The position numbers were made by a program, and so were the translations under genes. A stretch of DNA of 64,000 nt, from positions 1 to 64,000 of the forward strand of contig CAWFAD010000012.1 of the NCBI GenBank assembly GCA_963813815.1, in the 5' to 3' direction. The notes beneath the pieces are model-generated. The model was not told where the DNA came from. It saw only the letters and a program-made list of their open reading frames with translations, and made no database searches. This DNA comes from an uncultured bacterium. GTDB taxonomy: Bacteria; Krumholzibacteriota; Krumholzibacteriia; Krumholzibacteriales; Krumholzibacteriaceae. Position 1 is the first letter of the stretch; each line of letters starts with the position of its first letter. Below are positions 47,884 to 59,485 of this stretch, piece after piece.

Positions 47884-49635
47884 TCAGTAATCGATGTACC
47901 CTTTGAGCTTTCGGCTGCGGCTCGGATGCATGAGCTTGCGGAGCGCCTTCGCCTCGATCTGCCGCACGCGCTCGCGCGTCACGTTGAAGATCGTGCCGAC
48001 CTCCTCGAGGGTGCGGGGCGTTCCGTCGCCGAGGCCGAAACGAAGGCGCACGACCTTCTCCTCGCGCTTCGTGAGCGTCGCGAGCACGCGAGAGACCTGA
48101 TCGCGGAGCATCGCGTGCGCCGCCGACTGGTCCGGCGCGGAGGCGGAGGTGTCCTCGATGAAATCGCTCAGGTTGCTGTCGTCGTCCTCGCCGATCGGGC
48201 GGTCGAGCGAAATCGGTTCGATGCTCGCCTTCATGACGCTCTTCACCTTGCCCACCGGATAGTTGAGCTTGCGCGCGACTTCCTCCGGCGTCGGCTCCCG
48301 CCCGAACTCCTGCACGAGCTTTCGCTGCGTGCGCGACACTTTGTTGATCGCCTCGATCATGTGGACCGGCACGCGGATCGTGCGCGCCTGATCGGCGATC
48401 GCGCGCGTGATGGCCTGGCGGATCCACCAGGTGGCGTACGTGCTGAACTTATACCCCTTGCGGTAATCGAACTTGTCGACCGCCCGCATGAGCCCGCTGT
48501 TCCCCTCCTGAATGAGATCGAGGAACTCGAGGCCCCGGTTCGTGTAGCGCTTGGCGATGGAGATGACGAGTCGCACGTTCGCCTCGATCATCTCCTGCTT
48601 CGCCTTCTGCGATCCCCGCTCTCCGTCGCGGATATCCTGGACGATGCGCCGGAGATCCTCGTACTTGATGTTCTCCTTGCTCTCGATCTGGCGCATGCCC
48701 CGCTCGAGCTCGCGGAATCGCTCGTGAAAACCCTTGAGCTCGCCGGGCGACCACTTGATCTTCCTCTTGAGCGCCGCCTTGTCCTTAGCGTTTCCCCGCT
48801 GGAGCGTTTTAATGGCGGGTTCGATGTCGTCGCGCTTCACCCCGATGAACTTCTCGTATTCGTTCATCTGCTTCTTGAAATGCTCGGCGCGCTTGAGGAC
48901 GTCCTTGATCTTTTCGACGAGCCGCTCGAGCTGGAGCGGGTTGAGCTTGATCTTGCGGTACTCGTCCTGAAGCTTCTTGTTGCGCGCATCGCACTGCCGC
49001 TGCGCCTGCGTCGCCGCGGCCGCGGGGATTTTCTTTCGAAGCTTCGTCTCGAGCACCACGATCTCTTCGCGGAGCTTGATGACGCGCTTGAGTATGCCGA
49101 CGTACTTCTTGAGCTCCTTGCGGCCCGAAAGATGCGGATGCAGCCCGCCCGTCTCGACCTGCACGAGATCCTCGAGGCGCATCGTGCCCTTCTCGAGACG
49201 CTCGACGTAGCGCCGGAGCTCGCGGGTGGTGGCGTTCAGCTTGAACACCGCCTGAAAAACCTTGAGGTGCCCGTTTTCGATGCGTTTGGCGATCTCGATC
49301 TCGCCCTCGCGGTTCAGCAGAGGCACCTTGCCCATCTCGCGCAGGTACATCCGCACCGGATCGTCGAACCGCACGCCCGTCGTGAGAATGTCCTCCGATT
49401 TCTTCGCTTCCTTCTGCTCGCGCTTCTTGCGCGCCTCGATCTTGAGGATCGCCTTCTCGCGCGTGTCGAAAAACTCTATATTCTCGTCGCTCAGACGGTC
49501 GTACAGCTCGATGATGTCGTCCGGGTCGAATCCCTCCCCGACGAGCCCCTCGATCTCCTCGTTCAGGACGTAGCCCTTTTCGCCGGAGAGCTTCTTGATG
49601 CCGAGCAGAATTTCGTCGATCCGATCGAGATCCAT
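47884..49635 (-). CDS. rpoD: primary sigma factor RpoD
   Basis: [60 protein letters not shown]. Confidence 0.97.
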   Translation of the reverse strand: MDLDRIDEILLGIKKLSGEKGYVLNEEIEGLVGEGFDPDDIIELYDRLSDENIEFFDTREKAILKIEARKKREQKEAKKSEDILTTGVRFDDPVRMYLREMGKVPLLNREGEIEIAKRIENGHLKVFQAVFKLNATTRELRRYVERLEKGTMRLEDLVQVETGGLHPHLSGRKELKKYVGILKRVIKLREEIVVLETKLRKKIPAAAATQAQRQCDARNKKLQDEYRKIKLNPLQLERLVEKIKDVLKRAEHFKKQMNEYEKFIGVKRDDIEPAIKTLQRGNAKDKAALKRKIKWSPGELKGFHERFRELERGMRQIESKENIKYEDLRRIVQDIRDGERGSQKAKQEMIEANVRLVISIAKRYTNRGLEFLDLIQEGNSGLMRAVDKFDYRKGYKFSTYATWWIRQAITRAIADQARTIRVPVHMIEAINKVSRTQRKLVQEFGREPTPEEVARKLNYPVGKVKSVMKASIEPISLDRPIGEDDDSNLSDFIEDTSASAPDQSAAHAMLRDQVSRVLATLTKREEKVVRLRFGLGDGTPRTLEEVGTIFNVTRERVRQIEAKALRKLMHPSRSRKLKGYIDY

Positions 49636-51419
49636 CAGTTCGAATCTCCTCCCTCGCTTTTGAGCACCCTCAGCCGCCGCGAAAGGTCTTCGTACGCCTT
49701 GGTGAGGGCGCGCATCTCCACGTTCGCCTCGGGAGTGCCGGAGGCTTCGAGGGCGCGCACCCGCTCTTTCATCTTCTCGAGATCTTCCTTGAGCGCTTCT
49801 TTTCTGAGCCACACGATCGAGTCTTTGAGAAATTCCTCGTGGGGACCCGGCGGAAGCTCCCAGAGCGCGATCTCCGAGGCGAGCTTCGCGAGCTCCGCGT
49901 CCTCGATCCCCGCTATGAACGCCGAGCCCCGGACGTCGACTCCTTCCCGCACCGCCGCGTCGAGCGCGGCGAGATAGTCCATGAAGAGCGTTCCCTCGAG
50001 ATCGCTCACGGCGAGCCTCTCCACGATCATGCGCGAGAAGCGCTCGTCCTCGAGGCCGAGCCTGAAAAGCGTCTTCTGTATCTCCTGCCGTCTGCTCTGC
50101 CGCGCGGGAACGGCCGCTGGAACGGCCGGAGCGCTCTCCCTGCGACCCTTCGCCGAGAGCCCCGTGCGAAGGGTTTCGACCGGGACCTCAAAAAGGCCCG
50201 CGATCTCCTGGAGGAGCAGCTCGCGCCTCACGCTGTCCGTCACGGACGAAACGGCCTCGAGCAGGTGTCCTATGACCCGGCCTTTGCGGTACGTCGTCCG
50301 TTCGCCGCTCAGGGCCTCCTGCTTGAGAAAGGCAAAATAAGGAGGAGCAGAACGCATGAGTGCCCGCAATTCGTCTGCTCCCTTTTTCCTTACGTAGCTA
50401 TCAGGATCTTCGCCCTCGGGAAGCGCCACGACGCTGGATTCGAGCCCGACGACGAGAAGCTCGTCGGCGGCCCTCACCGACGCCCTCATTCCGGCCTGGT
50501 CTCCATCATTGATAATATATACACGATTCGCATATCGTGCAAGCAAGCGACCCTGATCTCGCGTAAAAGATGTCCCACATACGGCACAGACATTGCGGAA
50601 ACCATTCTTCCACAACATCAAATAATCCATGTAACCTTCTACAATTACAGCAGATGAAGATTGTCGAATAGCGTCTTTCGAATGATTGAGGCCGTAAAGT
50701 ATTTTCCCCTTGTAATATATGGGACTCTCGGCCGTGTTGAGGTATTTCGGCTCCGAGCTGTCGAGCACCCTTCCGGCGAGCCCGATATACCGGTCCGAAA
50801 GCGCTTCTATGGGAAAAATAACCCGGTTTCTGAAGTAATCCCGGTAACCGCTCCCGCCGCGGCTCTTCACGATGAGCGAGAGGTCGAGCAGAATCTCCCG
50901 GGGGATACCGGCCTCCATCGCCGCCCGGTAGAGGCCGTCCCAGCTCGAGGGCGCGCACCCGAGGGTGAACTCCTCCTGCTCGCCGGCGCCGATCTCGCGC
51001 CGGGCGAGATAGTCCCTGGCGGGTTGAGCCTCCTTCGACTCGATCAGGGCCTTCCGGTAGAAGCGCGCGGCGAACTCCATGGCGCGGTAGTACGGCTCGA
51101 GCTTTTCCTTCCTGTCCCCCCCGGTCGAGTACTTGTCCACGTCGACGCCGAGCGAGCGGCCGAGCTTTTCCACCGCCTCGATGAAGCCGATCCCCTCGTA
51201 CTCCATCAGGAACCGAAAAACGTTCCCGCCCTTGCCGCAGCCGAAGCAGTGGTAGATCTGCTTCTCGGGGTGCACCATGAAGCTCGGCGTCTTCTCCCCG
51301 TGGAAGGGGCACAGCGCCTTGAAATTGCGCCCCGCCCTCTTGAGGTCGAGAAACTGGCCGATGAGCTGCACGATGTCGGTGCGCTCGCGGATATCGTCTA
51401 TGACGCTCTGCGGAATCAT
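49635..51419 (-). CDS. dnaG: DNA primase
   Basis: [15 protein letters not shown] zinc ribbon, KYLNT, VEGYMD, DGDQAG, DPD TOPRIM motifs. Confidence 0.96.
   Translation of the reverse strand: MIPQSVIDDIRERTDIVQLIGQFLDLKRAGRNFKALCPFHGEKTPSFMVHPEKQIYHCFGCGKGGNVFRFLMEYEGIGFIEAVEKLGRSLGVDVDKYSTGGDRKEKLEPYYRAMEFAARFYRKALIESKEAQPARDYLARREIGAGEQEEFTLGCAPSSWDGLYRAAMEAGIPREILLDLSLIVKSRGGSGYRDYFRNRVIFPIEALSDRYIGLAGRVLDSSEPKYLNTAESPIYYKGKILYGLNHSKDAIRQSSSAVIVEGYMDYLMLWKNGFRNVCAVCGTSFTRDQGRLLARYANRVYIINDGDQAGMRASVRAADELLVVGLESSVVALPEGEDPDSYVRKKGADELRALMRSAPPYFAFLKQEALSGERTTYRKGRVIGHLLEAVSSVTDSVRRELLLQEIAGLFEVPVETLRTGLSAKGRRESAPAVPAAVPARQSRRQEIQKTLFRLGLEDERFSRMIVERLAVSDLEGTLFMDYLAALDAAVREGVDVRGSAFIAGIEDAELAKLASEIALWELPPGPHEEFLKDSIVWLRKEALKEDLEKMKERVRALEASGTPEANVEMRALTKAYEDLSRRLRVLKSEGGDSN
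50514..50542 (-). promoter_or_regulatory. dnaG-internal sigma70-like promoter facing rpoD, with palindromic spacer
   Basis: TTGCAC-N17-TATATT within a low-GC patch; CACGAT-N6-ATCGTG at 50522-50539. Confidence 0.5.
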
Positions 51420-51427
51420 ACGCTCCG

Positions 51428-53806
51428 TTACTTGAGATCGACGACGACGACGCCGTCTCCCCCGCGCGAGGGCTCTCCCGGGCGCACGGCGGCGATGCGC
51501 GGGTCCTTGCGCAGCATGTCGTAGAGGGCCCTCTTCAGGATGCCTTTGCCGATGCCGTGGATGATCACGACGGTCTCGAGCCCCTGAAGAACCGCGCGGT
51601 CGAGGAAGACATCGACGCGTTCGAGCGCCTCGGCGCGCTCGAGCCCGCGCACGCTGATCTCCGCGGACACCTCCTCGCGCGGCTCCATGCTCCACGAGAC
51701 GGACGGTCCGGCCCTTTTCTTCCCCGTTCGATCCGAACGGAAGAGATCGGCCCGGCCCGTCTCGACTCTGAGGCCGCCCTCGAGCTCGAGAACGACCCTC
51801 GACTCGCCGGCGGAGAGCACCTTTCCATCCTTGCCGAGACTCCCGATGAGCGCCCACTCGCCGGGGCGAATATCCCCGCCGGGGAGCGGCGCCGCCGGCG
51901 GCCGTTTCTTCGCCGCGGCGAGCGATCGCTCGAGATGCCGGCGGCGCTCGGCGACGAGCTCGTGCGCGCCGCGGACGGCGGAGGGCCCCGCCTGCGCGGT
52001 CCGGATCTCCCGAATGAGGGTCTCCATGTCCCGGCGGGCCGAGGTCACGATATCGAGCGCCTCCCGCCGCGATCGCGTCAGAAGGTCATCGCGGTCCTGT
52101 TCGATGCGATCGAGATGATCGCGGTAGCTTTCGATGAGCCCGGAGAGGATCCCTTCCTTCCGAACGAGCTCGCGGCGCTCCGCCTCGGCGAAGCGCTCGG
52201 CCTTTTCGAGATGCGCGAGAAGCTCCTCGAGATGGAGGGCCTCCGCCCCTATCATCGAGCGGGCCCGCTCGATGATGCCGGGCGGAAGGCCGAGTCTGCC
52301 CGCCGTTTCGATCCCCCAGCTGCGTCCCGGCACGCCCATCCGGAGCACGAAAAGCGGCTCGAGACTCGCGGGATCGAACTCGAGCGTTGCGTTCATCGCT
52401 CCCGCCGTGTCGTGCGCCCATCCCTTGAGCGAGGTGAGATGCGTCGTCACGATGACGCGCCCGCACCGGCTCATGAGATGCTCGAGAACCGCCTGCGCGA
52501 GAGCGGCGCCCTCCTCGGGATCGGTGCCGTCCCCGATCTCGTCGATGAGCACGAGCGAGCGCTCGTTCGCCCGCTCGACGATGCCGCGCAGGCACGCAAC
52601 GCGCGAGGAAAAGGTGCTGAGCGAAGCTTCGATCGACTGGTCGTCGCCGATATCGACGAAGACGTCGTCGTACCGCGGAACCGTCGAGCCCTCCGCGCAT
52701 GGAACGAGAAGCCCGGCGCGATCCATGACGACGATGAGGCCGATCGTCTTGAGGGCCACCGTCTTGCCTCCGGCGTTCGGCCCCGAGATCACGAGGATCC
52801 GCAGATCCTCGCCGCAGCGGACGTCGAGAGGCCTGGCCGCCCGCCCCGTGCCTTCCTCGGCGAACCGCTTCTCGAGGAGCGGGTGGCGCGCCCCGACGAG
52901 CGCGAGCGCGGCGCCTCGGCCGTGCTCGGGCGCCGTGCAGCGGAACCGCCTCGCGAACTGCGCCTTCGCCGACGCGCAGTCGAGATCCCGGAGAACGTCC
53001 TGATTGCCGAGGAAAGCGTCTCTCTCCGCGAATACCTCCGAGGAGAGCTCGAGGAGGATCCTCGTCACCTCGCCCCGCTCGTCCTCGAGGATGGATTCGA
53101 GACGATTGTTTCCGTCGACGAACTCGAGCGGCTCCACGAAGAGCGATGCGCCGCTCCCGCTCGCCTGATGCACGACACCCCGCACGCGCCCCGCTTCTCC
53201 GCGCGGCAGCGACACGACGTACCGTTCGCCGCGAATCGTCACGAACTCGTACCCCTTGCCGCCGCCGGCACGTCCGGCGTACTCGGCGAGGCGGCGTCGC
53301 AGCTCGGCCCGGAGCGACGACGCTTCCCCGCGCAGGCGAGCGAGTTTCGGGCTCGCCTCGTCGAGCACTTCGAAATCGCGGCCGATCGCGCGTTCGACGC
53401 GCCGGATGAACTCGCGCCGAATCCGGAATGCGCCCCCGCGTTCGGAGACGAGCGGAATCTCCGCGCGACAGCGCTCGAGAAATACGCTCGCTTCCGCCGC
53501 TTTCGCCTCCCCCGCCGCGATCGCGGCAAGCTCGGCGCCGGCGTAGAGGTGACCTTCCGCCTTCGCGAGATCGAGGAGGGAGTAAGTATCCTGCCAGCCG
53601 CCGAGGGGGACGGCCTCCCCCGCTTCCTCGAAGGCGGCGAGCTCTCGAATCTCCCGCCGGCTGCGCTCGGCCTCCTCCGTCGATTCGATCGGCGCGAGCG
53701 CGCGCAGCAGAGCCTTGGAACGATCGCCGCGCGCGAACGCGGCGATCATCTCGAGCACCTGGCCGAACTCGAGCTTCTCGGCGGCATGTGTAAAATCAGA
53801 ATGCAT
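51428..53806 (-). CDS. mutS2: MutS2 (endonuclease/ribosome-collision factor) with Smr domain
   Basis: ISGPNAGGKT, DIGDDQSI..LSTFS, DEIGDGTDP, TTH, C-terminal IIHGIGKG Smr. Confidence 0.94.
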   Translation of the reverse strand: MHSDFTHAAEKLEFGQVLEMIAAFARGDRSKALLRALAPIESTEEAERSRREIRELAAFEEAGEAVPLGGWQDTYSLLDLAKAEGHLYAGAELAAIAAGEAKAAEASVFLERCRAEIPLVSERGGAFRIRREFIRRVERAIGRDFEVLDEASPKLARLRGEASSLRAELRRRLAEYAGRAGGGKGYEFVTIRGERYVVSLPRGEAGRVRGVVHQASGSGASLFVEPLEFVDGNNRLESILEDERGEVTRILLELSSEVFAERDAFLGNQDVLRDLDCASAKAQFARRFRCTAPEHGRGAALALVGARHPLLEKRFAEEGTGRAARPLDVRCGEDLRILVISGPNAGGKTVALKTIGLIVVMDRAGLLVPCAEGSTVPRYDDVFVDIGDDQSIEASLSTFSSRVACLRGIVERANERSLVLIDEIGDGTDPEEGAALAQAVLEHLMSRCGRVIVTTHLTSLKGWAHDTAGAMNATLEFDPASLEPLFVLRMGVPGRSWGIETAGRLGLPPGIIERARSMIGAEALHLEELLAHLEKAERFAEAERRELVRKEGILSGLIESYRDHLDRIEQDRDDLLTRSRREALDIVTSARRDMETLIREIRTAQAGPSAVRGAHELVAERRRHLERSLAAAKKRPPAAPLPGGDIRPGEWALIGSLGKDGKVLSAGESRVVLELEGGLRVETGRADLFRSDRTGKKRAGPSVSWSMEPREEVSAEISVRGLERAEALERVDVFLDRAVLQGLETVVIIHGIGKGILKRALYDMLRKDPRIAAVRPGEPSRGGDGVVVVDLK

Positions 53807-53858
53807 CGGCGTTACCGCGGGCACAGGGCCGTTCGGACTGCCATTGACTGAAGGAAGA

Positions 53859-54422
53859 CTACGCGGTTCTCCCCTGCCGGGTTTCCTGGGAATCCTCGCG
53901 CCGCTCCTCCATGCGATCGATCGTCTCCTCCGGTTTGACGGGAGCGTTCCGGATGATGAGGCGGTACGTATTGGGCAGCACGGGCTCTATCCTCGCGGCG
54001 ATGGGATTCTCGCGAACGGCGTCCTTGAAAACCCTCGGAAGGGGAAGCCACTCGAGAATGACGAGCAGCAGACTCGCGATGAGCACCCCCTTGAGGGCGC
54101 CGAACGCCGCTCCGCCGATCCGGTCCAGCGGCCCGAGAGCGGTGGCGTTCACGATCTTCTGCAGCGCATGTCCTACGAGGGAAAAGATCACGAGGACCGC
54201 GACGAACACCGCGAACGAGAAGAAATAGAGGAGCGCGGAATGCGAAACCTTGAGCGATCCGGCCAGCGCCTCGGCGATGGCGTGGCCGTAGTAGTAGGCG
54301 CAGACAAAGGCCGCGATGAGCCCGGCGATCTCGAAGATGGCGCGAAAAAGACCCCGCCGGCCGCCGTCGAAGAGAAAGAAGAGGATGACGACACCGATAC
54401 CGACGCTGATGCCGATGTTCAT
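53859..54422 (-). CDS. cvpA: CvpA-family membrane protein
   Basis: GGRRGL, four TM segments, LDRIGGAAFGALKG; typical neighbour of mutS2. Confidence 0.85.
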   Translation of the reverse strand: MNIGISVGIGVVILFFLFDGGRRGLFRAIFEIAGLIAAFVCAYYYGHAIAEALAGSLKVSHSALLYFFSFAVFVAVLVIFSLVGHALQKIVNATALGPLDRIGGAAFGALKGVLIASLLLVILEWLPLPRVFKDAVRENPIAARIEPVLPNTYRLIIRNAPVKPEETIDRMEERREDSQETRQGRTA

Positions 54423-54429
54423 ATCGCGC

Positions 54430-54888
54430 CTACGCTTTCCTCAGCAGCTCCGACACGATCCGGTTCACCGCGCCGCCGTCGACGCGGCCCTTGTATCGCT
54501 TCATCATTTCCCCCATCACGCGCCCCATGTCGCGCGGGGTCGCGGCGTTGATTTCGGCGATGACCACGGCCGCCTCGCGGCGTATGTCGTCGTCGCTCAT
54601 CTGCGCCGGAAGGTAGGGCATGACGATCGCGAGCTCGCGCTCTTCCTTCTCGACGAGATCCGGGCGATCGCCTTTCCTGAACTCCTCGATCGATTCCCTG
54701 ATGCGGCGCGCGTAGCTCGCGATGAGGGCGAGCTCGGTCTCCTCCGAAAGCTCCTCGCGCTCCTCGAGCTCCGCGTTCTTGAGGACGTTCAGGATCATCC
54801 TGAGAACGCCGATGCGATCCCTGTCCTGCGCCTTGACGGCGACCTTGAGATCCGCCGCGAGACGCTTGGCCATCTCGTTTCCCGCCAT
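54430..54888 (-). CDS. yqeY: GatB/YqeY domain protein
   Basis: DLKVAVKA, ESIEEF..GDRPDL..E, YLPAQMS, DMGRVMG. Confidence 0.9.
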   Translation of the reverse strand: MAGNEMAKRLAADLKVAVKAQDRDRIGVLRMILNVLKNAELEEREELSEETELALIASYARRIRESIEEFRKGDRPDLVEKEERELAIVMPYLPAQMSDDDIRREAAVVIAEINAATPRDMGRVMGEMMKRYKGRVDGGAVNRIVSELLRKA

Positions 54889-54931
54889 TGAAACCTCCCC
54901 CTGCGCGGTTATCCGCCGGGCCGCTCGGCTC

Positions 54932-54961
54932 ACTATACTCGCGGCGGGCGCGGGATGTCAA
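54932..54961 (-). promoter_or_regulatory. putative sigma70 promoter of yqeY-cvpA-mutS2-dnaG
   Basis: TTGACA-N18-TATAGT. Confidence 0.65.
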
Positions 54962-54998
54962 GAAAGCGGCTCTCCTCCGCCGAACGTTGGGAACGGCC

Positions 54999-55721
54999 TC
55001 ACGCGCGCGAGGCGTCCCCGAGCAGCCGGTAGAGGAGGCATATGGCCGCGGTCTCCGCGCGGAGCCTCGTCGGGCCGAGGCCGAGAGGCTCGGCTCCCGC
55101 CTTCACGAGAAGGTCCCGCTCGGCGGGCGAGAACCCTCCTTCGGGGCCCACGATGCCGAGCGCGCCCCTCGAGCCGCCGGCGGCGCGCCCGCCCTCTTCC
55201 CCGCCGGGATCGGCGAGAAACACCCTCCCGTACGCCGGAAAGCGCCCCACGAGGCCGTCGAGGCCCTCGACCCGCTCGATCCCGGGAATATGCGCCCGGC
55301 CCGATTGCTTGCACGAGGCGACGACCTTGCGCCGCAGCCGCTCGATCCTGAGCGCCCCCGTCTCCTCCCCTCCCCGCGGAACGCACCGCTGCGAGAGGAA
55401 GAGAATAATCGTTCGCGCGCCGAGCTCCGTGCATTTCTCCACGGCGATTTCGAGCCTCGGCGTCTTGATCACGCTGAGGGCGATATCCACGGGCGGCAGA
55501 GCCGGGGCGCGCTCGAACGACAGGACGCGCATGACCGCGCGGTCGCTCTCGATGCGCTCGACGCGCGCCTCGTACAGCCCGCCCTTCCCGTCGATGAGGC
55601 GAACGATCTCGCCGGCGCGCACGCGCGAGACGCGCGCGCTGTGATGAAACTCCGGCCCGTCGAGGACGATGAGACCGTCCTTCGATGCGTCCGGCGAAAC
55701 GATGAAATATCTCGTTTTCAA
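54999..55721 (-). CDS. rsmE: 16S rRNA m3U1498 methyltransferase
   Basis: [32 protein letters not shown]. Confidence 0.92.
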   Translation of the reverse strand: MKTRYFIVSPDASKDGLIVLDGPEFHHSARVSRVRAGEIVRLIDGKGGLYEARVERIESDRAVMRVLSFERAPALPPVDIALSVIKTPRLEIAVEKCTELGARTIILFLSQRCVPRGGEETGALRIERLRRKVVASCKQSGRAHIPGIERVEGLDGLVGRFPAYGRVFLADPGGEEGGRAAGGSRGALGIVGPEGGFSPAERDLLVKAGAEPLGLGPTRLRAETAAICLLYRLLGDASRA

Positions 55722-56863
55722 TGATTCTCGCCGGACGATCTCCCGGCGGCGGGAGGCTTGTCGCGGGTCGCGCGATCGAGGCGTTCAAAGGCCTCGCGCT
55801 CTTCCTTGCCGATGTTCTGCGGCGTATAGGCCACGAGGCGCACGAGCTGGTCCCCCTTGCCGTACGCGTTCAAATGCGGCAGGCCCTTCCCCTTGAGGCG
55901 CAGAATCTTGTGCGATTGCGTTCCCGCGGGTATCTTCACGGCGGCCATCCCCTCGAGTGTGGGGATCTCGATGCGCGCGCCGAGGGCGAGCTGTGAGAAG
56001 CTCACCGGAAGATCGTAGAGAATGTCGTAGCCGTGGCGCTCGAATATCTCGTCCTCGGCCTCCTCGATGATGATGATGAGATCCCCCGCCTGCCCCCCGC
56101 GCGGGCCCTGATCGCCCTGACCCTCGAGGCGTATGTAGTTGCCGGAGGCGACCCCCGCCGGGATCTTGACCTCGACGCTCTTCGACCCCTCGCTGCGCCC
56201 TTCGCCGCGGCACGCGGGACACGGATCGGTGACGATCGCGCCCTCGCCCCCGCAGGCCGGGCAGGTTTGGATGTTGACGAATTGCCCGAATATCGAGCGT
56301 GACGTCTGTCGGATCTCGCCCGTACCGCGGCAGGTCGAGCACTGCTGCCGCGTGGCGCCGTCCTTGACGCCCTTCCCCTTGCAGCGGCCGCACGGCGTCA
56401 TCCGCGAGACCTTGATCTTCTTCGTGACGCCGGCCGCTATTTCCTTGAGGGTCAGGCGCAGATGTATCTGCAGATCGTTGCCCCGCAGCGACGCCGAGCC
56501 CCGCCGTCTCGAGGAGCGCTCGCCCCCGAGAAAGTCGTCGAAGCCGAAGCCGCCGAAGTCGCGCATGAAGGCGCGGAGCGCGTCGCTGAGGTCGAAGCCG
56601 CCCGAGAAGCCCTCGAAACCGCCCGCGCCCCCCGGACCCGACACGCCGCTGTGCCCGAACTGATCGTAGCGTCCGCGCTTCTCCTGATCGCGGAGCACCT
56701 CGTACGCCTCGGTCGCTTCCTTGAATTGCTCCTCGGCGTCCTTGTTGCCGGGATTGCGGTCGGGATGGAATTTGAGCGCGAGCTTCCGGTAGGCCTTCTT
56801 GATGTCATCGAGGGTTGCGTCCCGACTGACGCCGAGCACCTCGTAGTAATCCCGCTTTGTCAT
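55718..56863 (-). CDS. dnaJ: chaperone DnaJ
   Basis: DYYEVLG, HPD, G/F region, four CxxCxGxG repeats. Confidence 0.97.
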   Translation of the reverse strand: MTKRDYYEVLGVSRDATLDDIKKAYRKLALKFHPDRNPGNKDAEEQFKEATEAYEVLRDQEKRGRYDQFGHSGVSGPGGAGGFEGFSGGFDLSDALRAFMRDFGGFGFDDFLGGERSSRRRGSASLRGNDLQIHLRLTLKEIAAGVTKKIKVSRMTPCGRCKGKGVKDGATRQQCSTCRGTGEIRQTSRSIFGQFVNIQTCPACGGEGAIVTDPCPACRGEGRSEGSKSVEVKIPAGVASGNYIRLEGQGDQGPRGGQAGDLIIIIEEAEDEIFERHGYDILYDLPVSFSQLALGARIEIPTLEGMAAVKIPAGTQSHKILRLKGKGLPHLNAYGKGDQLVRLVAYTPQNIGKEEREAFERLDRATRDKPPAAGRSSGENH

Positions 56864-56910
56864 GCCTCCCCAAACTCACCGTAGAGAATCGAACACGCCG
56901 AAAACCGTCG

Positions 56911-58743
56911 TCAGCCGCCGATGTTGAAATCCTTTCCAGCGGAGGTATTATACATGCTCTCGGCGATCTTATACACCGCAATCGACAGCCGCTCGCTGGC
57001 GCGCTTCAAATCGCTGAGATCGGCGGCCGGTTCGGCCATAAGCTCCTTGAGCTGGCGAAGCGACTGCTCGATCGTCTCGCGGTCGGCGCCGGAGACGCTG
57101 CCCCCGTGGTCGCGGAGCGTCTGTTCCGACGAATAGATGAGCACCTCGGCGTCGTTGCGGACCTTGATGGCGGAGCGTTTGTTCTCGTCCTCCATCGCGT
57201 GGGTCTCGGCGTCCTTGACCATGCGGTCGATCTCTTCCTGATGGAGACCGCTCGCGACCTTGAGCTGAATCTTCTGCTCCTTGCAGGTGCCGAGATCCTT
57301 GGCCGACACGTGCACGATGCCGTTCGCGTCGATGTCGAACGAAACCTCGATCTGCGGAACGCCGCGCGGCGCCGCCGGCAGGCCGACGAGATCGAACCGC
57401 GCGAGCGTGCGATTGTCCTTGGCCATCTCCCGCTCGCCCTGCAGCACGTGGATGCTCACGGCGGGCTGGTTATCGGTCGCAGTCGAGAAGATCTGGCCCT
57501 TGCGGCACGGAATGGCCGTGTTGCGATCGATGAGCTTCGTCATGAGCCCGCCGAGCGTTTCGATGCCGAGGGAAAGCGGCGTGACGTCGAGCAGAAGCAT
57601 CTCCTCCACGTCTCCGGTCAGCACTCCCCCCTGGATCGCCGCGCCCATCGCCACGACCTCGTCCGGATTGACACCTCTGTGCGGCTCCTTCTTGAAAAAC
57701 TCCTTCACGATCTTGCGCACGAGCGGCGTGCGGGTCGAGCCGCCGACGAGAATAACCTCGTCGATGTCGGCCACCGAAAGGCCCGCGTCGCGGACCGCCT
57801 GCTCGCACGGAACGAGCGTGCGCTGGGCGAGCGGATGGACGAGCTTCTCCATCGTCGCGCGGGTCAGCACCATGTCGAGGTGCTTCGGTCCGTCCTTGTC
57901 CGCGTGAATGAAAGGCAGGTTGATGTTCGTCTCCTGAACGCTCGATAGCTCGCACTTGGCCTTCTCCGCCGCCTCGCGGATGCGCTGCATCGCCATCCGG
58001 TCGCCGGCGAGATCGATCCCGTTCTTCATCTTGAAGTCGCCCACGATCCAGTCCTGAATGACGCGATCGAAGTCGTCGCCGCCGAGGAGCGTGTCGCCGC
58101 TCGTCGACTTCACCTGAAAAACGCCGTCCGAGAGCTCGAGAATCGAGATATCGAACGTGCCTCCGCCGAGGTCGTATACGGCTATCTTGCCCGACTTTTG
58201 CTTGTCGAGGCCGTACGCGAGCGCCGCCGCCGTCGGCTCGTTCACGATGCGCAGCACCTCGAGCCCGGCGATCCGTCCGGCGTCCTTCGTCGCCTGCCGC
58301 TGCGCGTCGTTGAAGTACGCGGGCACCGTAATGACGGCCTGCGTGACATCTCCGCCGAGATAATCCTGGGCGGACTGCTTGAGCGCCCTCAGAATCATCG
58401 CCGATATTTCGGGGGGCTGGTAGCTGCGATCCTTGAGCTGGACGAGAATTTCGTCGCTCTTGCCCTTGGCGATCGGGTAGGAAATGCGCTTGATCTCTTC
58501 CCCCGCCTCCGAGAAGCGGCGTCCCATGAAGCGCTTGATCGAATACACGGTGTTATCGGGATTGGTGATGGACTGGCGTTTCGCCAGCTGGCCGACGAGG
58601 CGCTCGTTGTTCTTCGCGATCGCGATCACGGAGGGCGTCGTTCTGGCTCCCTCCGAGTTCGGAATGATGACCGGCTCTCCGCCCTCGATCACGGCAACGC
58701 ACGAATAGGTCGTTCCGAGATCTATTCCGATTACCTTCGCCAT
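56911..58743 (-). CDS. dnaK: chaperone DnaK (Hsp70)
   Basis: [41 protein letters not shown]. Confidence 0.96.
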   Translation of the reverse strand: MAKVIGIDLGTTYSCVAVIEGGEPVIIPNSEGARTTPSVIAIAKNNERLVGQLAKRQSITNPDNTVYSIKRFMGRRFSEAGEEIKRISYPIAKGKSDEILVQLKDRSYQPPEISAMILRALKQSAQDYLGGDVTQAVITVPAYFNDAQRQATKDAGRIAGLEVLRIVNEPTAAALAYGLDKQKSGKIAVYDLGGGTFDISILELSDGVFQVKSTSGDTLLGGDDFDRVIQDWIVGDFKMKNGIDLAGDRMAMQRIREAAEKAKCELSSVQETNINLPFIHADKDGPKHLDMVLTRATMEKLVHPLAQRTLVPCEQAVRDAGLSVADIDEVILVGGSTRTPLVRKIVKEFFKKEPHRGVNPDEVVAMGAAIQGGVLTGDVEEMLLLDVTPLSLGIETLGGLMTKLIDRNTAIPCRKGQIFSTATDNQPAVSIHVLQGEREMAKDNRTLARFDLVGLPAAPRGVPQIEVSFDIDANGIVHVSAKDLGTCKEQKIQLKVASGLHQEEIDRMVKDAETHAMEDENKRSAIKVRNDAEVLIYSSEQTLRDHGGSVSGADRETIEQSLRQLKELMAEPAADLSDLKRASERLSIAVYKIAESMYNTSAGKDFNIGG

Positions 58744-58785
58744 GGTGAGAACCCCTTTAATTCGAGATATTCCCCTAGATACATC

Positions 58786-59478
58786 TCACGACTTTTTTCT
58801 CGAGATCATGACGCGTGCCGGCCGTAGCGCTTCGCCGTGGAGCAGATATCCCTTTCGTACGACCTGCGCGACGCATCCATCCTCCAGAGTGTCGTCGTCG
58901 ATCTCACCGACCGCCTCGTGGTATTTCGGATCGAACTTCGCGCCGAGAGCGGCCATCTCAGTCACGCCCGCCCTTCCCAGTATTTCCATGAACCCCGCGC
59001 GAATGAGCCGCAAACCTTCCCGGTGCGCCTCGTCCATGCCTTCTAGTGCTGCGATGGCACGGTCGAAATTGTCGATCCCCCCGATGATTTCCTTGATGAG
59101 ATCGGCATTCGCACGCTTTTGAAGCAATTCCCATTCCCGATGAGTACGTTTACGGAAGTTCTCGAAATCGGCGGCAATGCGAAGCATCCTATCTTCTTTA
59201 ATTTTAAGCTGTTGAACCGCTTCTTTCGCCGTCCTATCGAGCTCCATGAGCTGTGTGTTCTTCTTCTGCAGGTGCTCGAGCAACTCCTTGCGACTCGCGC
59301 GTTTCATGCGCTTTTGCACGTGTTCCTCGCCGTCGGCTTGAGCCTCCCTTTCGAGCACGATCTCCGGGGACTCGGCGAGTTCGTCCGCCTTCTCCGCGTC
59401 GGGCCGCGCTTCCTGTCCACCCTCCGTCTCCGGCGCCGCCTTGGGTTCTTCCTGCTCCACGTCATCCTCCTCGAGCAT
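58786..59478 (-). CDS. grpE: nucleotide exchange factor GrpE
   Basis: ADFENFRKR, DNFDRA, FDPKYHEA, KGY..LRPARV. Confidence 0.95.
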   Translation of the reverse strand: MLEEDDVEQEEPKAAPETEGGQEARPDAEKADELAESPEIVLEREAQADGEEHVQKRMKRASRKELLEHLQKKNTQLMELDRTAKEAVQQLKIKEDRMLRIAADFENFRKRTHREWELLQKRANADLIKEIIGGIDNFDRAIAALEGMDEAHREGLRLIRAGFMEILGRAGVTEMAALGAKFDPKYHEAVGEIDDDTLEDGCVAQVVRKGYLLHGEALRPARVMISRKKS

Positions 59479-59485
59479 CCTGCCG

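Noticed and set aside
50500..50730. Replication origin or intein/intron in the dnaG AT-rich patch
   Set aside because: Only weak DnaA-box-like 9-mers with two or more mismatches; the primase is normal length and continuous through the patch
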